A DNA stretch of 64,000 bases from an uncultured delta proteobacterium (GTDB taxonomy: Bacteria; Myxococcota_A; Polyangia; Polyangiales; Polyangiaceae). This document shows positions 58,719-64,000 of the stretch, one piece after another; position 1 is the stretch's first letter, and every line of letters begins with the position of its first letter. A program made the position numbers and the translations under genes. Location of the stretch: positions 320,001 through 384,000 of the forward strand of contig CAVOKF010000001.1 of assembly GCA_963696385.1 (NCBI GenBank), in the 5' to 3' direction. The notes beneath the pieces were generated by a model. It was not told where the DNA came from. It was given only the letters and a program-made list of their open reading frames with translations, and did not search any database.

Positions 58719-60632
58719 CTATGCGACCCGGCCGACGGCGTCCTGCTCCGACGCCACGGCCTCGCCGCTGTTGGGTGCGCCCTGGCCCCGTTCATAAGCC
58801 GCGTGAATTTCGGCGTAGAAGCCACCGCGCGCCAGAAGCTCGTCGTGCGAGCCGAGCTCACACAGCTGACCATTGCGGATGACGGCAATGCGGTCGGCGT
58901 CGCGGATCGTCGCCAACCGATGTGCAATGACGAGCGCGGTGCGGCTGGCGCACAGCTCTCGAAGCGCTTGTTGGATGCGTCGTTCGGTCTGCACGTCAAT
59001 CGCGGACGTGGCCTCGTCGAGCACGAGCACGGCGGGGTCGGACAGGTAGGCCCTCACGAGGCAAACGATTTGGCGTTGTCCGTGACTGAGGTTTGCCCCA
59101 AGCGGGCCCACCTCGGTGTGGTAGCCGTTGGGCAGCCGACGCAAGAGCTCGTCGACACGCAGCTTGCGCGCGGCTTCAACGACTTCGGCGTCGGTCGCCC
59201 CGGGAGCCCCGAGCTTGAGGTTGTCGAGGACCGTGCCGCTGAAGAGGACGTTGTCCTGCAAGACCACACCGACGTGCCGGCGCAAATGGTGCTGGGCCAG
59301 ATCTCGGATGTCGACCCCATCGAGCCGCACGGCGCCCTCTTGCGGCTCGTAGAACCGAGTCAGAAGCTGCATGAGCGTGCTCTTGCCGTGACCGGTGGGC
59401 CCGACGATCGCGACACGCTCTCCCGGCTGCACGCGGAGCGACAAATCTCGGATCACAGGGCCGCGTCGCTTCGCATCGTAGGCAAACGTCACACGATCGA
59501 ACTCGACCTCTCCACGCACCTGTGCGATTTGGAGCGGTTCGGCGCGGTCGACAATCTCGGGCATCGTGTCGAGCAGAAGAAAAATTCGCTGGGCTACCGC
59601 CGTGCCTGCGGCGTAGCGCTCGAACAGGTCCCCGAGCTCCTGAAGGGGACCGAGAAACAGGTAAATGTAGAACAGGGCCGCGGCAAACTGACCCAACGAT
59701 ATGCCGCCCAACGCCATCATCCGACTTCCGACGACGACGACGATCGCCATTCCGCAGGTTGCCAAGACCCCCGTGAACGGCGGAAACCAGCTCGTTTTTA
59801 CGTTGCCGCGGATGAGCGTCCACGTGAAGTCGTTCAGCAGCGTCTGGTAGCGCCCGCGATTCAGGTCTTCTCGCCCGGTCTGTTGGAGCACACGGACCCC
59901 GTTGACCGATTCGACGAGGTGCGACGTGAATCGACTGCGACGCTCCGCCACCCGGCCCCAGTTTCGGGACGCGAGCCGATGAAACAACCAGATCGCCGGG
60001 GCGAGCAGGGGCACGAGGCAAGCCACCCCCCAGAAGAGGCCGGGCGCGATCGAGTAGAGCAGCGCTCCGGACACGGCACAGCGCAGGACCGCCGAGAGCA
60101 GCTCGGGAGGGCCCTGGATGAGCAGCGGCTCGAGCGTATCCACGTCGCGATCGGCGCGCGAGACGATCCGGCCCAATTTCGTCCTGTCGAAATAGCGAAT
60201 GCTGAGCGTCTGAACGTGCGCGAACACCTGGCGCCGTAGCTCGTTCAATACACGGATCGCCGCGCGGCCTGCGATGAACTGGCTGACGCCGGAAAGTGCA
60301 AATCGCGCCGCCCAGGTCAAGGCGAGAGCCAGGATCATCGCGCCCAACAAGCGAGGATCCGTCTTCCAACCCCTCGCGCCGTGCGAGAGCCCGTGGTCGA
60401 TCGCTTCGCGAAGGATCCAGGGCCGGAGAAAGACCGTGACGACGATGACGCACTCGATCGCGATGACCGTCGCCACGTGGCCGCCCACCGGACGCAGCAG
60501 CGGCGTCATCCGGCGGAACATGTTGCGATCGAGAACCGTTTGCGCAAGCTCCTGCTCGATCGCCAGATCGCCGTGTGCCTTGTCGTTGGCAATCGCTTCG
60601 CGCGAACGATTGGTGGGGTCAAGCCGCGGCAT
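58719..60632 (-). CDS. Heterodimeric ABC transporter half (consensus Walker B/H-loop, degenerate signature)
   Basis: GPTGHGKST, LSHGQRQ, LDEATS, IAHRL. Confidence 0.93.
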   Translation of the reverse strand: MPRLDPTNRSREAIANDKAHGDLAIEQELAQTVLDRNMFRRMTPLLRPVGGHVATVIAIECVIVVTVFLRPWILREAIDHGLSHGARGWKTDPRLLGAMILALALTWAARFALSGVSQFIAGRAAIRVLNELRRQVFAHVQTLSIRYFDRTKLGRIVSRADRDVDTLEPLLIQGPPELLSAVLRCAVSGALLYSIAPGLFWGVACLVPLLAPAIWLFHRLASRNWGRVAERRSRFTSHLVESVNGVRVLQQTGREDLNRGRYQTLLNDFTWTLIRGNVKTSWFPPFTGVLATCGMAIVVVVGSRMMALGGISLGQFAAALFYIYLFLGPLQELGDLFERYAAGTAVAQRIFLLLDTMPEIVDRAEPLQIAQVRGEVEFDRVTFAYDAKRRGPVIRDLSLRVQPGERVAIVGPTGHGKSTLMQLLTRFYEPQEGAVRLDGVDIRDLAQHHLRRHVGVVLQDNVLFSGTVLDNLKLGAPGATDAEVVEAARKLRVDELLRRLPNGYHTEVGPLGANLSHGQRQIVCLVRAYLSDPAVLVLDEATSAIDVQTERRIQQALRELCASRTALVIAHRLATIRDADRIAVIRNGQLCELGSHDELLARGGFYAEIHAAYERGQGAPNSGEAVASEQDAVGRVA

Positions 60633-62529
60633 CTTCGATTCCAAGGAGCTCGCGATAGTCGGGGCTCTTTCGCGACAGCTCGGCGTGCGTCCCGGCGGCG
60701 ACGATGCGACCGCTGGCGAGCACGACGATGCGGTCGGCGAACATCGCCGTCGAAGGCTTGCTCGCGACGATCAGCATGGTGGTGGGAACACCGGTCGCCG
60801 TACCGAGATTTCTGACGTTGTGAAGAATCCTCTGTTCGGTGATCGCATCGAGCGCGCTCGTGGAGTCGTCCAGGATGAGGATCGAAGGCCTGGCGAGCAG
60901 CGCTCTCGCAAGCGCGATCCGCTGCCGCTGCCCGCCCGAAAGCGTCACCCCGCGATCGCCGATCACCGTGTCGAGGCCGTCCGGCAGATTGCGCAGCACA
61001 TCTTCGGCCGCGGCGAGCCGCAAGGCCTCGCGCACTTCGTCGTCGGAAGCGACGGTGCGGCCCATGCGCACGTTGGCCGCGAGCGTGTCGGAGAAAAGAA
61101 AGCAATCCTGGGACGCCACGTGGACTCGGCGCCGCAGATCGTGCAGGTCGAGCGAGCGAACGTCCAAGAAGCCGCCGGCCTCGGAGCCGATGCGAACGTC
61201 GCCGGACTGTGGATCGAGAAGTCGCGGGAGCAGGGCCGCCAGGGTGCTCTTTCCGGAGCCGGTTGCCCCGACCAGCGCCAAGGTCTCGCCCGGGTACAGC
61301 GTCAGCGAGCAGGATCGCAAGACGTCCTCGCCTTGGCCACCGCCCGAGACGCGCACGTCCTGCAGCCGCGCGCCGAGCGGACCGGCAGGCAGCACGCGAT
61401 CGCCGGATGCGATGGGCGTGTCGGCGTCGAGCAAGTCCATAATTCGGGCCGCCGACGACCGCGCGTCGGCGAAGACCTGGATGATGCGCCCGATGCCTTC
61501 GATGCGAAAAATGAGGGTATTCATCGCAAGCAGGGAGGCGACCAGTTCCCCGACGGTGAGCCGGCCGCGGCCGACGAGCGAGGCACCCATCGCAAACACC
61601 CAGACCTGACCGAGCGCCACGACGGTCTGGGGCACGGGAACTCTCGAGGCCGAGTAGCGAAGCGCCCCGACCGCGCGGGACGCAAACGTGGACACGAGAC
61701 CCTTCAAGCGCTCGATACGGGACGACTCGAGGCGAAAGGCCTTGATGACGCGCACTCCACCGACGCCCTCGAGCAGATCCTGGCTCACCGCGTCGTACGC
61801 GTCGCTCACGGCGCGATCCAGCCCGACCAGACGGTCGGCGACGCGAGCGAAAATCGCGATGCCCACGGCGGTCAGGGCGAGCGGCACGACGGCGAGCAGG
61901 GGGCTATACCAGGCAAGGACGGCGAGGGACGCGACGATGACCATCGCGGTCTCGATGACGTTACGCCAGAAGCTGACGAGGGCGTCACGCACCTTGTCGG
62001 CGTCGCGCGTCGTGCGCGCGACCATCTCGCCGGCGCCATGGCGCAGGTGGTAGCCGACGTCGAGCCGCTGCACTTGGACGAGGATCGAGTCGCGAAGTCG
62101 AAACAGCAGCTCCTGACCCGTCATGAGAGAGACGATGCCGGCGACGTACTGCAAGAGCGCGCGGGCGGCCGCCACGCCGATCAGCACCCCGGCCCACACG
62201 TAGGCGCGCGTGAGGTCGACGTGTGTCGCGCCGGTCCGGACGGCGGCGCGCCCGTGCTCGACGTCATTGACGGCGCACCCGACCAGGTATTGGTAGAGGG
62301 TCAGGCTGGCGTTGACCACCAGGAAAAGCCCGAAAGCCGCCGCGAATCGCCACGGCATCGTCCGGTAGATCGCCAGACAGCGGAGCAGCGGGTGGGCCGT
62401 GCGTACGCCAGGGCGCCGCACCATCGAAACCGCTGCCGTGGTGGGGCCGACCGAGACGGCGGACGCCGTGAACGCGGCGTCGCGTGGGCGGCTTCGCGCC
62501 GCCCCGCCCGGGCTGCTTTGGGCCGACAT
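60619..62529 (-). CDS. Heterodimeric ABC transporter half (degenerate Walker B/H-loop)
   Basis: GATGSGKST, LSGGQRQ, LDDSTS, IVASKP. Confidence 0.93.
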   Translation of the reverse strand: MSAQSSPGGAARSRPRDAAFTASAVSVGPTTAAVSMVRRPGVRTAHPLLRCLAIYRTMPWRFAAAFGLFLVVNASLTLYQYLVGCAVNDVEHGRAAVRTGATHVDLTRAYVWAGVLIGVAAARALLQYVAGIVSLMTGQELLFRLRDSILVQVQRLDVGYHLRHGAGEMVARTTRDADKVRDALVSFWRNVIETAMVIVASLAVLAWYSPLLAVVPLALTAVGIAIFARVADRLVGLDRAVSDAYDAVSQDLLEGVGGVRVIKAFRLESSRIERLKGLVSTFASRAVGALRYSASRVPVPQTVVALGQVWVFAMGASLVGRGRLTVGELVASLLAMNTLIFRIEGIGRIIQVFADARSSAARIMDLLDADTPIASGDRVLPAGPLGARLQDVRVSGGGQGEDVLRSCSLTLYPGETLALVGATGSGKSTLAALLPRLLDPQSGDVRIGSEAGGFLDVRSLDLHDLRRRVHVASQDCFLFSDTLAANVRMGRTVASDDEVREALRLAAAEDVLRNLPDGLDTVIGDRGVTLSGGQRQRIALARALLARPSILILDDSTSALDAITEQRILHNVRNLGTATGVPTTMLIVASKPSTAMFADRIVVLASGRIVAAGTHAELSRKSPDYRELLGIEDAAA

Positions 62530-62565
62530 GGGTGTCTCCTCGAGCCGGATTGCGTGTGGGAGCAA

Positions 62566-62973
62566 CTATTCGTTCAGGGTCACGACCGAGAGCTTCGACA
62601 CACCGGCGCGATCGACAGCGGCCATGACCTTCGCCACGAGTCCATAATTGGACGATTCGTCGGCGCTCAGATGAACCGCGAGATCCGGCTGGGCGCCGTG
62701 CAGCGCCTTGAGCTCCGACTCGATGCGGGCCAGGGACGTTTCGGTCTTGTCCACGTAGACGCGACCTTGGGCATCGACGCTGAGTGTGACGGCTTTCTTC
62801 GTTTCGATCGGGGCGGTCGTCGCGGTTTTGGGCAACTGCACCTTGATGGCGTTCGCCAGGAGAGGAGCGGTCACGATGAAGACGACGAGCAACACGAGCA
62901 TGACGTCGACAAGGGGAGTGACGTTGATCTCGCTCATCACGTCGTCGGCGTCGCCTTGGGTCTGGATGACCAT
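62566..62973 (-). CDS. exbD: Biopolymer transporter ExbD
   Basis: SEINVTPLVDVMLVLLVVFIVTAP. Confidence 0.95.
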   Translation of the reverse strand: MVIQTQGDADDVMSEINVTPLVDVMLVLLVVFIVTAPLLANAIKVQLPKTATTAPIETKKAVTLSVDAQGRVYVDKTETSLARIESELKALHGAQPDLAVHLSADESSNYGLVAKVMAAVDRAGVSKLSVVTLNE

Positions 62974-63689
62974 CAGGCGCTCGCCGCGCGACTGCGGATC
63001 GCGATGGCCGGGTTCGACGGCCGTTCGGAGTCCGACGCCTTGTCGACCAGAGCACTCACGATGGCGGTATTGACGAGCGTGTTGGCGAAATCCTCGAGAT
63101 CGGAGGTGAGGCCCTTCAGCCGACGGACGAAGTAGTTGTAGGCCAGAACCGCCGGCACAGCGACCGCGATGCCGATTGCCGTGGCCACCAGAGCTTCGCC
63201 GATCGGCCCCGCCACCACCTCGAGGCTGGCCGATCCGGCGCCGCTGATCCGCTGAAGCGCGTGGATGATGCCGAGCACGGTACCGAAGAGACCGACGAAC
63301 GGCGCGGTGGCCCCAATGCTCGCCAGAACCGGCAAGGCCGACTCGACCGTGTGCTTCTCGCGCTGGATCTGCTGACGCAGGCTTCGTTCGAGAACGTCCT
63401 TGCGCACGTCGAACGCCGCGCGGTCATTCCTGATCGGCTCGGAGCCGTCCCCCCAGGCCTCGACGCCTGCCAACGCGACCCGCGCCATCGGTCCGGCGTG
63501 CTTGGTGAGCTGCTCGACCGCCGGGAGGCGCGAGACCTTCCCGAACACCCGCGCAAACAAGCGGTTCTGCCGAGCGATGCGCCCGTTCTGGAGCGCCTTG
63601 ACAATCACGAGCGCCCACGTGAGCGCGGAGGCCACCAGCAGGAGGACGAACGTTGCTTTGACAACGACGAAAGTCACAGAATCGGACAT
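62973..63689 (-). CDS. exbB: ExbB (MotA/TolQ/ExbB family)
   Basis: LASIGATAPFVGLFGTVLGI, VAGPIGEALVATAIGIAVAVPAVLAYN. Confidence 0.93.
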   Translation of the reverse strand: MSDSVTFVVVKATFVLLLVASALTWALVIVKALQNGRIARQNRLFARVFGKVSRLPAVEQLTKHAGPMARVALAGVEAWGDGSEPIRNDRAAFDVRKDVLERSLRQQIQREKHTVESALPVLASIGATAPFVGLFGTVLGIIHALQRISGAGSASLEVVAGPIGEALVATAIGIAVAVPAVLAYNYFVRRLKGLTSDLEDFANTLVNTAIVSALVDKASDSERPSNPAIAIRSRAASA

Positions 63690-63708
63690 GGTGTGATTGC
63701 TCCCACGC

Positions 63709-64000
63709 TTATTGCAAATGAAACTCGATCGGAACCGTGACCCACCCCATGACGGGTTGGCCACCTTGGGTGGCTGGAACGAAGGTCCAGAGCTTGACCG
63801 CCTCGAGTGCCGCCTCGTCGAGAACGTCGTGGCCACTCGATGTCTGCACCGTGACGTCTCCGGCGCGGCCCGTCGCGGCGACCCGGACCCGCAGGAACAC
63901 GGTGCCCTGCCAATTCTCCCGTTTCGCCAAATGGGGGTAAGCCGGACGCGGATTCTTGAGATAGTTCGCCCCCTCCTTTGCCTGCACGATCGGAGGAGGA
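63709..64000 (-). CDS. tonB: TonB C-terminal domain, 5'-partial
   Basis: NPRPAYP..AKR...QGTV, SSGHDVLDEAA..AVK.W.F.PA, VPIEF. Confidence 0.93.
   Translation of the reverse strand, partial: PPPIVQAKEGANYLKNPRPAYPHLAKRENWQGTVFLRVRVAATGRAGDVTVQTSSGHDVLDEAALEAVKLWTFVPATQGGQPVMGWVTVPIEFHLQ

Noticed and set aside
60274..63135. 953-aa plus-strand ORF and similar long antisense ORFs (e.g. 48204..49685, 56685..58496, 58617..60239)
   Set aside because: Shadow frames of well-supported genes in high-GC DNA, with no motifs.

Overview
High-GC window that looks myxobacterial (Polyangiaceae/Labilithrix-like). This is inferred from DAG-repeat lipoproteins, an FGE-domain protein, a Hanks kinase and a STAS-like protein, not from any marker gene. 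There are three zones. (1) About 1-33 kb is an accessory patchwork of lipoproteins, oxidoreductases, LysR/SDR genes and many gene fragments. It contains a sigma54 module: a DUF4395 gene, a Cys-rich histidine kinase and an NtrC-type regulator. Their ~248-bp divergent control cassette (two tandem palindromes, a -24/-12 box and a sigma70-like box) is duplicated in inverted orientation around GFA and mddA genes. (2) About 33-44 kb is a decayed mobile-element region with several toxin-antitoxin loci, an intact IS4 with a 10-bp TSD, and fragments of IS110, a group II intron, a relaxase and rve transposases. (3) About 44-64 kb is an apparent sulfur-starvation/organosulfur island: beta-carbonic anhydrase, a disrupted arylsulfotransferase, DszA-like and DszB-like enzymes, SsuACB, four exporter-fold ABC half-transporters and TonB-ExbBD. 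Three of its promoter regions share an ATGTC-N10-GAC motif. No rRNA, intact tRNA or CRISPR array was seen. All family calls come from motif recognition by eye, without database searches.
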